DNA from: an uncultured cyanobacterium
GTDB taxonomy: Bacteria; Cyanobacteriota; Cyanobacteriia; Cyanobacteriales; CAWCAG01
DNA length: 64,000 bases
Direction of reading: 5' to 3'
Assembly (NCBI GenBank): GCA_963803805.1
Contig: CAWDOD010000002.1
Location: 1,184,001-1,248,000 of the forward strand
In this document: piece by piece, positions 40,274-50,684 of the stretch
Numbering within the stretch: the first letter of the stretch is position 1
Layout of the letters: each line of letters starts with the position of its first letter
The notes under the pieces: generated by a model
What the model was told of the DNA's origin: nothing
What the model saw: only the letters and a program-made list of their open reading frames with translations
The model's database searches: none
Made by a program: the position numbers and the translations under genes

Positions 40274-42256
40274 TTAGGAAGTGGGAGAATTATTAGCTAG
40301 CCATTTTAACCATTGTAAAAATGAACTAAGGGGATTTAAAGGAGTTAACCCTGGGGCGTGATTAGAGGCTAAATGGTCTACAACTTTCAAAGCTGTGTAT
40401 TGTAAACCCAAGAAGCTATCAACAGCCGCATAGGGGCCCCCTAACGTAGTTGCACCTGCTGCATACATTCTTCCCTTCCCAGTCCGCATTTGTACCAACT
40501 CAAAATTATTGCTTACCCAAAGGCGTTTAAGGTGGTTGAGGGGGAGTTGGTAGTGGTTGATGAGATCATTAAGGAGAGGACTAGCGCTGACATCGGCATC
40601 CAGCCCTGTGGCATCGATGATGAAATCAGCTTGTAAGCGCATTTCTCCTTTCATGTTTTTTTCTTGAATATAAGTAATAACATCTTCAGATTCTTTCTCC
40701 ACCCTTTTTACTTCGCCAAACTCGATTCTGTACCACCCCTGACTTAAACCGTCCCTAACAATTTTCTGCCAATCACGACGATCGGCGGTGGTAGTTCCTC
40801 CCCAGTCAGCAATCAATCTTTTGCGTTGTTCTGGGTTAGCTTTTTCTAATTCAAGGCGCAAATCCCCTCCCCAACAAGCTTTAGGCCAATTGAAGGGTTG
40901 AAATTCGAGATGATTTTCCACTAGTCTTTGGGTTTGGCGAAATTTCTGCCCCACGGGTTTGGGAGAACGCATTAAGTTAATGAGGCGAATGTGAGGGTTT
41001 TTACTTCTTGCTTCATAAACCCGTTGAATAATCCGCGAAGCAACGATTCCCCGCCCCCGAATCACTACTGTACCCCCAAGTTTTTCTAAATGTTCGTAAA
41101 CATGATCATGGGGTTCGTAGGCGTTGACCACTGATTTAAAATCCTGGGTCTTTTCCCGATAGGCTTGTAAGTCAGGGAGAAATTTAATGGCTGGATAACC
41201 AATGGCTAAATGGAGGTAGCTGGCGACTAAAAAAGCCCGTTCCCGCCCTGTACTAGTAGTCCGAGAATAGGCGATCGCATATCTACCGTCACTAGTTTGG
41301 CGAATGCTACGGGCGCTACCATAACGGAACATTTGTTGCCAACCGATGCGTTGTTGTTCCCTATCTACAGAATCAAAGACGTTTTCAGCTTTAGGGGTAT
41401 AGGTTTCGCTAAAAGTTGGCTCACTAAAAACTTGCCACAAATATCTTAAAGAATTGGTTAATTTTCCTTTCTGTAAATCCCTCCATGCTTCCCGCAAGGC
41501 ATAACTAGGCCAGCCCCAAATATTATCAGGACAAGAATCGGAATTAGACCGCAATCTTTCTCGGAGGGGGATTTGAGAGTTGAGGCAAAGTTGTTTGTAA
41601 CGCCCGTAGGGCAGTGTATCTACCCCTAAAGCAATAATTTGCTCTGGTTTAACTCCGTATATACGTAAAAAATCCACCCACACAAAACTCCCCATTCCTG
41701 CACCGATAGTTAAATAATCCACCTCATCTACAGGCAAGCCTGTGGCATAGAGGTCTTGGAGTTCAACTTTTTCAGCTTGGAACGCCGCTGGGGGAAAACT
41801 TCTAGGGGCAGGAGTTACAGGTACTAGTTGCTGCTGTTGAGGGTCGAGTACATTTGTAGTGGGGTTGAAAACGATTTGAGAATCTTTCCCTGGAGAGGGA
41901 GGAGGTGCAGTTGTGCCAAATGAGAGAATAATGGTGATTTCATAGGGGCCAACTTGGATGGTGTCCCCATTATCTAAAGTAGCTTGTTTTTGAGCTTGGC
42001 CATTGACTAAAATGCCATTACGACTATTTTGGTCTTTGACTACCAAACCACCGTTTTCCCAGGCAATAAGGACATGAAAGCGAGAAACTTCCAAGCTATT
42101 AAGTACCAGCCTAGAAACCCTCTGATTACCAAAATTAACAGGCATACGCGGGAACTCCCGACCCAAAGCAATAGGAAGTTGCAATACTGGTTCTCGCAGT
42201 TCTCCAGTAGCCAGATCTGCCCAACTTAATTTGACTTGTAGAGGAGAGAAAGCCAT
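40274..42256 (-). CDS. FHA domain fused to an FAD/NAD(P)-binding oxidoreductase-like domain
   Basis: FHA GR...VSRFH...SRNG. IGAGMG, LRSNS, RGRGIVA, IIDATG and YAAG are flavoprotein-like motifs. Confidence 0.75.
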   Translation of the reverse strand: MAFSPLQVKLSWADLATGELREPVLQLPIALGREFPRMPVNFGNQRVSRLVLNSLEVSRFHVLIAWENGGLVVKDQNSRNGILVNGQAQKQATLDNGDTIQVGPYEITIILSFGTTAPPPSPGKDSQIVFNPTTNVLDPQQQQLVPVTPAPRSFPPAAFQAEKVELQDLYATGLPVDEVDYLTIGAGMGSFVWVDFLRIYGVKPEQIIALGVDTLPYGRYKQLCLNSQIPLRERLRSNSDSCPDNIWGWPSYALREAWRDLQKGKLTNSLRYLWQVFSEPTFSETYTPKAENVFDSVDREQQRIGWQQMFRYGSARSIRQTSDGRYAIAYSRTTSTGRERAFLVASYLHLAIGYPAIKFLPDLQAYREKTQDFKSVVNAYEPHDHVYEHLEKLGGTVVIRGRGIVASRIIQRVYEARSKNPHIRLINLMRSPKPVGQKFRQTQRLVENHLEFQPFNWPKACWGGDLRLELEKANPEQRKRLIADWGGTTTADRRDWQKIVRDGLSQGWYRIEFGEVKRVEKESEDVITYIQEKNMKGEMRLQADFIIDATGLDADVSASPLLNDLINHYQLPLNHLKRLWVSNNFELVQMRTGKGRMYAAGATTLGGPYAAVDSFLGLQYTALKVVDHLASNHAPGLTPLNPLSSFLQWLKWLANNSPTS

Positions 42257-42337
42257 TTACTCAGTTATCATTAAACATTAAACATTGAACATTTTATAGA
42301 GTTTCATAATTATCAATTATTGATTAGCTACTAGCCA

Positions 42338-42673
42338 TTAGCTACTAGCAACCCCTAATGTAATAGTAATTTCGTAGGGATCAATAAATAAGACATCTCT
42401 GTTAGCTAGGATGCTACGAGTTTTTGCTTGACCATTAATTAAAACTCCGTTACGACTAGTTTGGTCAGTGACGAGGAAACTACTATTTTCCCAAGTGATT
42501 AGGGCGTGGAATCGAGATACTTGAGAATCTTTCAATACCATGCGAGAAACTCGCTTCCCTCCAATTTCTTCTGGCATATCGCTAAATTCTCGCCCCAAAG
42601 CAATAGGTACAGTTAAAATTGGCGATCGCTTCTTTCCGGTAGAGGGTTCTTGCCAACTCAATTGAATTTGCAT
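42338..42673 (-). CDS. Stand-alone FHA domain protein (start reassigned to MQIQLSW)
   Basis: IALGRE...VSRFHA...SRNG; the longer ORF call overlaps the upstream gene. Confidence 0.8.
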   Translation of the reverse strand: MQIQLSWQEPSTGKKRSPILTVPIALGREFSDMPEEIGGKRVSRMVLKDSQVSRFHALITWENSSFLVTDQTSRNGVLINGQAKTRSILANRDVLFIDPYEITITLGVASS

Positions 42674-42699
42674 AGGAATTTTTAAGTAAGGAAATAGGG

Positions 42700-43248
42700 T
42701 TAGCTTTTGGGAACTAAAATACTCGCTGCCCCCGCTAAAGAAGTGCCGCACCACTGACAGCCCAAATCTATTCTTTCGTAGGAGGAAATGCGATGACAAT
42801 GGGGACATTCTAATCCATAGTTACCACTATTCAAAGCAGGGTTATTAACAGCTTGAGGAACTTGCTGAGGTGGAGGAGGCACAATTACTGTTTGGGGAAA
42901 GTTGTTGCTAGGTAAATCTATAACCATTTGCACAACGTTGAGAGTCATTTGCCCTAAATTAATCACGCTACCTTGACTAAGTTTTGCTTCTCCTTGAATG
43001 ATTCTTTTTCCATCTACAAAGGGAGGATTAGACTGTCTTAAATTTCTTAATAAAAATTGCTTTCGGTGAACATCGAAAAATATTTCTATATGCAATCCGG
43101 AGACAGTAGGATCATTTAAAACTACGTCGCAACGCCCAGGATTGCGACCAATGCGAACAGTTCCAGAATTCTTGCTTGGTTGATTTTCTTTAATATTTAT
43201 AGTTTGAGTTTGGTTTGCTTCTTGCCAGCTTAAAGTAAGTTCAGACAT
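42700..43248 (-). CDS. FHA domain protein with C-terminal zinc ribbon
   Basis: IGR...VSGLH; CPHC...CQWCG. Confidence 0.85.
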   Translation of the reverse strand: MSELTLSWQEANQTQTINIKENQPSKNSGTVRIGRNPGRCDVVLNDPTVSGLHIEIFFDVHRKQFLLRNLRQSNPPFVDGKRIIQGEAKLSQGSVINLGQMTLNVVQMVIDLPSNNFPQTVIVPPPPQQVPQAVNNPALNSGNYGLECPHCHRISSYERIDLGCQWCGTSLAGAASILVPKS

Positions 43249-43292
43249 AGTTGTTATTCATTTATAATCAAGCCGTAGGATTTAAAATCCCC

Positions 43293-43586
43293 TTAACCAT
43301 GAGATAAAAATTCTATTTTCGGCAACAAAGGATCTTCTACTAAACCAATACCCTGAAATCCCCAACGTTGCAACAAATTTTTAAGTTGACTTCCCGAAAT
43401 AGATTCCACCACAAAACGATTAGCAACTTCCTGGGCATGGGTATTAAGATAACTAAGAGCTTCAAAACTTTCACGAAAGATTAATAAATACCCTGTTTGC
43501 TTTTGATTTGGTTCTACTTGAGGACGAGCAACTAAATATTTACCATCTGTTTGAGAACGGATTAAATAGTGGATGTCATTTATCAT
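43293..43586 (-). CDS. Hypothetical cyanobacterial protein
   Basis: 97-aa ORF in operon orientation (DGKYL, ALSYLNTH, RWGFQGIG..DPL). Confidence 0.65.
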   Translation of the reverse strand: MINDIHYLIRSQTDGKYLVARPQVEPNQKQTGYLLIFRESFEALSYLNTHAQEVANRFVVESISGSQLKNLLQRWGFQGIGLVEDPLLPKIEFLSHG

Positions 43587-43686
43587 TTAAGAAGGGAATA
43601 GTGTTAATTAAAAATTAAAAATGTAAAGGCTTAAAGATTATCTTCGCCAAATAATAATTAGCAACAATTAGCAATTAGCAAATAAC

Positions 43687-44730
43687 CTATTTAAGATTTT
43701 CTAACTTAATACGAGGATCGACAGCTTTAAGGAGTAAATCTGCTAATAAGTTGCCAATAATGAGCATTAATGCTCCCATCATTAAACTTGCCATCACCAA
43801 ATAAATATCTTGAGCAGTTACAGCTTGTAAAATTAGTCTTCCCAAACCTGGCCAATTAAAAAAGAATTCGGTAATAAAAGCACCACTAAGTAAGGTAGCA
43901 AATTCAAATCCTAACAGAGTAATCAAAGGGTTAATCGCATTACGCAAGGCATGAATGTAAATTACTTTATTTTCCGGCAATCCTTTAGCACGGGCCGTTT
44001 GAATATAATCTTGGCGCAATACATCTAATAATTCTCCCCTCATCAACCTTTGTAAAGCGGCAAAACTAGTAATACTTAAAGCAATGGTTGGTAAGATTAA
44101 ATGCCAACCAATATCTAAAATTTTACCCAAGGGCGATAAATCCGCATAATTGATGCTAGTCATTCCTCCTACTGGAAATAAAGGAGAGACATATTGAGCT
44201 ATAACTAAAAGAATTAAAGCGGTAATAAAACTAGGAAATCCGTTACCTAAATAACTTAAGAAACGTAATAAGCGATCGCTAAAACGATTTTGATTGACAG
44301 CGCTAAAAATTCCTAAAGGAATTGCAATAGTCCAAGTAATTAAAATAGACGAAAATGCTAATAAAAGTGTAGCAGGTATGCGGTCTAAAAGTAGAGAAGA
44401 TACAGAACGAAAAGATACAAAACTAGTACCAAAATCTCCTCTCGTTACCACTCTAACCAACCATTTCCAATACTGTATAATTGCTGATTGATCTAGACCA
44501 AATTGCTTCCTTAATTCTTCAATGCGTTCTGGGGAAATTTGTGGATTCTGCTGCAAGGTACTTACATAGTCTCCAGGTGCAAACTGAATAATAGTGAAGC
44601 AAAGCATTGAAGCTAACAGCAGAGTAAGAAATGCTTGAGCTAAGCGTTTAATTATGTAGAGAAATGTCTCACTGCCTAGAAAAGTTTGCAGAAAGCTCGG
44701 TTGGGAACTAGTTATTTTATTAGTAGTCAT
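43687..44730 (-). CDS. Peptide ABC transporter permease (OppB/DppB family)
   Basis: FGLD...QY..W, RIPATL, DYIQTARAKGL, HALRNA and WPGLG. Confidence 0.92.
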   Translation of the reverse strand: MTTNKITSSQPSFLQTFLGSETFLYIIKRLAQAFLTLLLASMLCFTIIQFAPGDYVSTLQQNPQISPERIEELRKQFGLDQSAIIQYWKWLVRVVTRGDFGTSFVSFRSVSSLLLDRIPATLLLAFSSILITWTIAIPLGIFSAVNQNRFSDRLLRFLSYLGNGFPSFITALILLVIAQYVSPLFPVGGMTSINYADLSPLGKILDIGWHLILPTIALSITSFAALQRLMRGELLDVLRQDYIQTARAKGLPENKVIYIHALRNAINPLITLLGFEFATLLSGAFITEFFFNWPGLGRLILQAVTAQDIYLVMASLMMGALMLIIGNLLADLLLKAVDPRIKLENLK

Positions 44731-44897
44731 AATATAGCCATTCTATTTAGGATGTGAGTAAAGAGTTACTTGTCATAGGGAATAGTCAATAGTCAATATG
44801 AGAAGAGAAATACAGTCTTTTTCTAAACAGGATAAACGTCACTAAACTTTTACAATTTGTTTACTACGGCAACTAGCAACTAGCAACTAGCAAAATA

Positions 44898-45416
44898 TCA
44901 ATACTCAACCAAATTAATAATCGGTACATCCGGTAAAATCTTACGACCTTCCAAAGCAATTAACTCAACGATAAAAGCGAAACCAATTAATTTACCATCA
45001 CTATTTCCGATCAACTCTGCTGTCGCTTTAGCTGTACCTCCTGTGGCAATGAGGTCATCTACTACTAAAATTTTAGCCCCAGTCTCAAAAGCGTCTTGGT
45101 GCATTTCTAAGGTATCGCTACCGTACTCTAGTTCGTATTCCACCCGATGGACTTCAGCAGGTAGCTTTCCTGGTTTGCGTACTGGAATAAAACCGATTCC
45201 CAACTGATAGGCTAGAGGCGGACCAAAAATAAATCCCCTAGACTCCATACCTATAATATAATCTGGCTTTAAATCTGCTTCATTAATCTTATGTGTCAAA
45301 GCATCAATAGAATAGCGCAATCCCTCCGGATTGTTCAAAACAGTAGTAATATCCCGAAAGACGATTCCTGGTTTAGGAAAATCTGGTATGTTGCGAATTA
45401 AAGATTTAAGATCCAT
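44898..45416 (-). CDS. apt: Adenine phosphoribosyltransferase
   Basis: [31 protein letters not shown] and [10 protein letters not shown]. Confidence 0.96.
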   Translation of the reverse strand: MDLKSLIRNIPDFPKPGIVFRDITTVLNNPEGLRYSIDALTHKINEADLKPDYIIGMESRGFIFGPPLAYQLGIGFIPVRKPGKLPAEVHRVEYELEYGSDTLEMHQDAFETGAKILVVDDLIATGGTAKATAELIGNSDGKLIGFAFIVELIALEGRKILPDVPIINLVEY

Positions 45417-45667
45417 TTTTGAAGCAAGCTAATTTTCGTTAAGGATTACTGGTATATCTATAGCAATTTTAGGGTGAAATATGAATATAAAAGCACCCTA
45501 TGAATATAAAGGAAAGGAAAGGCTCTGCCGTTACCGCAGGCTAAACTGTAAAGTAAGCGACCCAATCAGAACTTTAGCTGAATTGATCATAATTGGGAAA
45601 ACGGGTCGTCCCTACACTAACTAATAACTGATAACTGAATCATTGATAATTGATAATTGATAAAAGA

Positions 45668-46294
45668 ATGACCCATTCCGCAAGCGTAATGCCAGATTAT
45701 AGTCCTCAAGAACAGCAGCCACTGATTCTGGACAATTTACCAGATATTTCTATTTCCGACCAGGGATGTTCCCCTAAAGTTAAACGGCACATAGATTTGC
45801 TCCTCCTTGCCCTTGAAGCTTTAGAATTAGGAGGATCTGAAAAAATGTTAGCCACAGCTAAAGAATTGGAACTTCAGGGGATTATTAAAAGTCGAGTTGT
45901 CTTCTGGCGTTTGCGCTGTACTAATCCCTGGCGACGTTCCCATACACGACGGCCTTTAAGCTTAGAGGAAGCCAAAGCTTTGGTGGTAATTGCTAACTAC
46001 CGGGCGAAAAACCTAACTGTATTAATTCGCCAGTTAGTGATGGCGCAACAACAAATGCAGGAAAAGGGTCTACCCTTAGAACAGCATTTTCGTTTATCAG
46101 AATATTTAGAACGTTTTCGAGCGCACTTCCGTAGTCGCATGAATCCACGGCGTGCTAAAGTAACAGCCTATGCTTCCTCAGAAGAAAACTTGAACCAATT
46201 GGCTCTTTCTTTGTTGAATCAATTACTGTTCTGTACTGGAACTTCTGGAATGCAGCGATTCTGGACTAGTTTGTTTGATGGAGAGGTGGCATGA
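45668..46294 (+). CDS. DUF3038 family protein
   Basis: IDLLLLALEAL, WRLRCTNP and LLFCTG..G.QRFW.SL.DGE. Confidence 0.75.
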   Translation: MTHSASVMPDYSPQEQQPLILDNLPDISISDQGCSPKVKRHIDLLLLALEALELGGSEKMLATAKELELQGIIKSRVVFWRLRCTNPWRRSHTRRPLSLEEAKALVVIANYRAKNLTVLIRQLVMAQQQMQEKGLPLEQHFRLSEYLERFRAHFRSRMNPRRAKVTAYASSEENLNQLALSLLNQLLFCTGTSGMQRFWTSLFDGEVA

Positions 46295-47685
46295 CAATTA
46301 AGCGGCAGTACAGTTTGCCTAACTGCACTCTAATTTTAGAAGGATTAAGTAACGAGATTACCCCAACAGGGCAGTCTAACAGCAGACCCCTAATTTCTAT
46401 CGCCACTAATGCTGAGTGTCGTTTTTCTCACTCTCCCTATTTCTTAACAGGAGGCCGAGATTTTCTAGAAAATTTGGTTAAATCAGTTAGCGCCTATGCC
46501 CAAGAATTACTTAGCGGCATCAGACATCCTCAAACCTCTGACACTTCAACTGATTCTGTACATATAGAAAAAGCTGAAGACAATACTCTTCATCGCTTAA
46601 CTTGGCAAGAAAATCCCCAAGCAAAACCAGTACAAATTGACCTCAACAATGTCCAATTTTTTGATTTGCTAGAAGCTGTAGATCAGTTTTTGACAGATAG
46701 TCGTACATTACCAGACTTGTCTTTACAACTACAGCCCATTAGTAGGCGCTATCGCCAGGCTGATGAACCCTTAACCCAAAGAACAGCCCCCCTAGCAGTT
46801 GGTATAGGTAGTTTAGCTTTAGCAGGGGCAGCTTTATTCTTTACTCCCATACCGAAAGTAACTGAACCAGAACCAATTAAACAATCTCAAAGCCAAGAAG
46901 AAACACCTAAAACTTCTGAAACTTCTGAAATTGCCACAGAAGAACCTTCCTCAGAGAAAACAAGCAGCGAGGAGTTGGAACCAGAAGAAATTGAAGCATT
47001 ACTTTCTGAGGCGCAACCCATAACCGATGCTACAGAAATAGGATATATCCAAGATAAATTATATAAAAATATATACGAAGAATGGGAAGATCGCAACGAG
47101 GTTGATAGAAATTTAGAATATCGTGTCTCTGCGACTCAAGATGGTTCTATTGTCGCTTTTGAACCGGTAGAAGGCACTTCTAAACAAGCGCAGAAGAAAA
47201 CACCATTGCCAGAGTTGGTTTATACTCCTACTTCTGACACCATTGCTAACCGAGAAGAAATTGCTGAATTTCGGGTTGTCTTTACTGATAACGGGATCTT
47301 ACAAATAAGTTCTTGGGATGGTAGAGAAGAAGAACTTAGTTTTGGTCCAGAAATTACTGACAAAGATACTTTAAGGGATTTAGTTCCTGAAGTTAAAGAA
47401 AAAATCATTGATGCTTGGTCAGAAGAGGAAACTTCTTTTTCTCGAGATTTAGTTTACCGTGTTGGTGTCACAGAAGATGGGATTATTGCCCATTATGAAG
47501 CAGAAAATCAATCTGCTTGGGATTTTGCTGATGAAACTCCTTTACCCAAACTCACTAAGCCAAAAGCTGCCGGTATTGGTACAAGAAGGGGAGAAAGTTT
47601 AGTTCCGAAAAAAGAACTAGGTCAATTTAAAGTTGTTTTCACTACCAATGGTGTGGTACAAGTTAGCCCCTGGCGTGGTTATTAG
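46291..47685 (+). CDS. DUF4335 family membrane protein with duplicated C-terminal domain
   Basis: RQYSLPNCTL.LEG, GGRDFL, VS.YAQE.LSG and FDL.EAVDQF; ATGA overlap. Confidence 0.75.
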   Translation: MTIKRQYSLPNCTLILEGLSNEITPTGQSNSRPLISIATNAECRFSHSPYFLTGGRDFLENLVKSVSAYAQELLSGIRHPQTSDTSTDSVHIEKAEDNTLHRLTWQENPQAKPVQIDLNNVQFFDLLEAVDQFLTDSRTLPDLSLQLQPISRRYRQADEPLTQRTAPLAVGIGSLALAGAALFFTPIPKVTEPEPIKQSQSQEETPKTSETSEIATEEPSSEKTSSEELEPEEIEALLSEAQPITDATEIGYIQDKLYKNIYEEWEDRNEVDRNLEYRVSATQDGSIVAFEPVEGTSKQAQKKTPLPELVYTPTSDTIANREEIAEFRVVFTDNGILQISSWDGREEELSFGPEITDKDTLRDLVPEVKEKIIDAWSEEETSFSRDLVYRVGVTEDGIIAHYEAENQSAWDFADETPLPKLTKPKAAGIGTRRGESLVPKKELGQFKVVFTTNGVVQVSPWRGY

Positions 47686-47693
47686 ATGAATAG

Positions 47694-47781
47694 GCTAATT
47701 GCTAGTTGCTAGTTGCTAGTTGCTAGTTGCTAGTTGCTAGTTGCTAGTTGCTAGTTGCTAGTTGCTAGTTGCTAGTTGCTA
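47694..47781. repeat. STRR (GCTAGTT)x11 perfect units
   Basis: 47701-47777; the same heptamer occurs near 44868-44892, 57288-57313 and 18821-18880. Confidence 0.95.
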
Positions 47782-47856
47782 ACAGTGAATGGGTAATAAT
47801 TTTTGCACCATCTCCTTATCTCCCCGCCAATCTTAGCTTCTAAAGTAGTATGTAGT

Positions 47857-49245
47857 ATGAAGAAAAAACTGACTAATCAAAGTACTATTGCTTGGACAAT
47901 TGGCATCAGTACCTTAGTCTTCTTTCTTTGTAGTAGTATTCGGCATATTCTGTTTCAATCCACAGTTTTTGATTTAGGATTTTTTACTCAAGCTGCTTAT
48001 TTGATTAGTCAGGGCAAACCTCCTATTTCTTCCTACTTAGGAGTCCATATTCTCGGAGATCATGCTGCTTGGATTTGGTATCCCTTATCTCTATTCTATA
48101 AAATTCATCAAACTGTTTATTGGTTGTTTCTTGTTCAAGCTTTTTCCTTAGCATTAGGTGTTTTACCTACCTGGCTATTAGCTTTACAAGCTGGCTTAAA
48201 AGAATCTCAAGCAGTAGCCGTTTCCTTTGTTTATTTGCTTTATCCGGTGGTATTTAATATCAATCTATTTGATTTTCACCCGGAAGTAATGGCCCTTCCT
48301 GCTTTACTAATAGCAGTGTGGTTTGCACGAAAAGGAAAGATAATTTGGTTTTGTGCCAGTATAATTTTTATTCTAGGTTGTAAAGCAGTTTTATCCCTCA
48401 CAGTATTAGGAATGGGCGTTTGGTTACTAATCTTTGAGAAGCGGCGTTGGTGTGGTGGAATCGCAATTTTAGCTGGGGTTAGTTGGTTTACCATTGCTAC
48501 TCAATTAATCATGCCTGCCTTTACGGGGCAAGAAGCATTATCTGTAGGGCGTTATAGCTACCTTGGGGATTCAATTTTAGAAATTGCCACTAACTTGGTT
48601 TTGAAGCCAGGATTAATCTTCGGAAAAGTTTTTTCCTTAGCAAATTTAGAATATTTAATTCTGCTAATCTTACCCATAGTCTGGGGTTTATCATGGGTAA
48701 GTATTCAGCCGTTAATTCCAGCAATTCCTTGTGTCGCCCTTAACCTACTTGCTGATTACCAAGCACAAAAAGACTTAGTTCATCAATATTCTCTACCAGC
48801 GCTACCATTTCTAATCTTAGCTGTAATTGCTAGCTTAACTGCTAATAAAGCATGGTTGCAAAAACCTAAATATATTATCCTCTGGTCATTAATAACTTTC
48901 TTGTGTTTAGCAAAGTTCACTCATTTTGGTAGTATTTATTTACAAACTTTAGATACTTGGCAAGCCACCAGAGAAGCCCTCAACCGAGTACAAACTTCAG
49001 GTAATATTCTCACCACAGCGGCAATTTCTCCCCATCTTTCCCATCGCCAATTAATTCATTTCACAGAAGCTAATAACCCACCCACTAACTTGAAAACATA
49101 TGATTACGTGTTGCTAAATGTGCGTCATCCCGGTTGGGCAAGTAACCAAGAATTTGCCACAACCTTAGTCAATCAACTTAAAAATCGGCCAGAATTTAAG
49201 TTAAGCTATCAACGCGATGATGTTTATTTGTTTCAACAGCAGTGA
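47857..49245 (+). CDS. DUF2079 family (GT-C-like) membrane protein
   Basis: FDLG.F.Q, HILGDH and FDFHPE; multiple TM segments. Confidence 0.8.
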   Translation: MKKKLTNQSTIAWTIGISTLVFFLCSSIRHILFQSTVFDLGFFTQAAYLISQGKPPISSYLGVHILGDHAAWIWYPLSLFYKIHQTVYWLFLVQAFSLALGVLPTWLLALQAGLKESQAVAVSFVYLLYPVVFNINLFDFHPEVMALPALLIAVWFARKGKIIWFCASIIFILGCKAVLSLTVLGMGVWLLIFEKRRWCGGIAILAGVSWFTIATQLIMPAFTGQEALSVGRYSYLGDSILEIATNLVLKPGLIFGKVFSLANLEYLILLILPIVWGLSWVSIQPLIPAIPCVALNLLADYQAQKDLVHQYSLPALPFLILAVIASLTANKAWLQKPKYIILWSLITFLCLAKFTHFGSIYLQTLDTWQATREALNRVQTSGNILTTAAISPHLSHRQLIHFTEANNPPTNLKTYDYVLLNVRHPGWASNQEFATTLVNQLKNRPEFKLSYQRDDVYLFQQQ

Positions 49246-49721
49246 ATTCTTGGCAAAGTGATCTTCCTAATCTTCAAGCAACCCTTAACTTTGGTAAAAA
49301 GTTAGGTGAGTCTCTTCCTGGTGGGAGTACAATTTTGTTACAAGGGAATTTGGGGGCAGGAAAAACTAGCCTCATTCAAGGAATTGGCCAAGGATTGGGA
49401 ATTACTGAACCCATTGTTAGCCCGACTTTCACTTTAATTAACGAATACACCGAAGGACGTTTACCCCTATATCACCTAGATTTATACCGCCTACAGCCTG
49501 AAGAAGTCGAAGGTATTTATCCAGAAATCTATTGGGAAGCCTTAGAAGTAACCCCAGGAATCACCGCCATAGAATGGTCACAACGCCTACCCTACCAACC
49601 CGATCATTACTTAGAGATTAACTTGACAAGTCCATCCAAAGGAGGAAGACAAGTTGATTTAAGGATAATCGGAAACTCAAAACTCCACAGAATAGCCTCA
49701 TTAATTACTGATAACTGGTAA
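49242..49721 (+). CDS. tsaE: tRNA threonylcarbamoyladenosine biosynthesis ATPase
   Basis: GNLGAGKT, SPTFTL, HLDLYRL and IEW. Confidence 0.95.
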   Translation: MNSWQSDLPNLQATLNFGKKLGESLPGGSTILLQGNLGAGKTSLIQGIGQGLGITEPIVSPTFTLINEYTEGRLPLYHLDLYRLQPEEVEGIYPEIYWEALEVTPGITAIEWSQRLPYQPDHYLEINLTSPSKGGRQVDLRIIGNSKLHRIASLITDNW

Positions 49722-49736
49722 TTGATAACTGAATCA

Positions 49737-50405
49737 TTAATCAGCCCATCTACGCAACAAATTAGAATGACTTTTAGAAATCAAATCAAACTCTATAGTT
49801 TTTCCTTCCTTAGCAAAAATTGACCGTCTTGCTACATCCAAATCGAACAAAATTTCTCGCTGGTAAGGATCTCGGATTAAACTCTGTACCCATGCTACCG
49901 TCACTAATCTTACTCCTTCTGTCACCTTTTCTACCCGATGCAAAGTTGAAGAAGGATAAACAATTGCTGAACCTGCCTCTAACTTATATTTTCTCTCATC
50001 ATCAGTACCTTCAATAACTAACTCGCCCCCAACGTAGTCAGAAGGAGAGTTGAGAAATAAGGTTAGAGAAACATCTGATTTTAAGAAGTTTTGTCCTCCC
50101 ATAAGTGCATTGTCAGTATGTCTGCCATAGGACATACCTACTTCATAGCGGCTGAAAAGGATAGAGTGGACAATTCTAGGTTTGATTGCTGAGTTGAAAA
50201 TTAAGTTACGTTTGAGGGCTTTTTTAATTAATTCTTTTAAATCCTCACCATAGGAAATTTTCTTCTTTAATTGAATATTATTTTTAACTAGTTTGGCGTG
50301 CCAACCTGCGGTTGTCTTGCCATTTATGAAGTCAGCCTCATTTAAACTAGACGCTATATCATCTAGCTCTTGGGAATTAAGTACATTGGGAATAACAAAT
50401 ATCAT
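49737..50405 (-). CDS. PKHD-type Fe(II)/2-oxoglutarate dioxygenase (PiuC/YbiX-like)
   Basis: G..TAG, YG.HTDN, DVSLTLFL, GGEL, LHRV..VT.G.R and NLLRRW. Confidence 0.9.
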   Translation of the reverse strand: MIFVIPNVLNSQELDDIASSLNEADFINGKTTAGWHAKLVKNNIQLKKKISYGEDLKELIKKALKRNLIFNSAIKPRIVHSILFSRYEVGMSYGRHTDNALMGGQNFLKSDVSLTLFLNSPSDYVGGELVIEGTDDERKYKLEAGSAIVYPSSTLHRVEKVTEGVRLVTVAWVQSLIRDPYQREILFDLDVARRSIFAKEGKTIEFDLISKSHSNLLRRWAD

Positions 50406-50684
50406 AATGACAAATTTTAGCAAAAACGAAGAGATTTATATAGTCATAATGACAAAGAATTTTTACGGGTAGAAATTATAGACGCAAATTACTGAGAAAG
50501 TACCAATGAATAAAAAATTTAAACTTTCCTTGCCAATTAAGCTAAAAAATGTAATTACTTTGTAGACGATTATGGCAATTGTGCTTTATTATTTTTAAGC
50601 AGGTTAAGAAAATATTATTTCTACCTACTTACTAGCGATGGTTAGTGTCATTATTGTGTGTGGAATATCTAGAGGAGTGAACAA

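Noticed and set aside
42674-42808. N-terminal extension of ORF 42338-42808
   Set aside because: Overlaps the upstream FHA gene in another frame; paralogy supports the ATG at 42673.
47694-47781. Heptamer tandem arrays as a novel element
   Set aside because: Ordinary cyanobacterial STRR.
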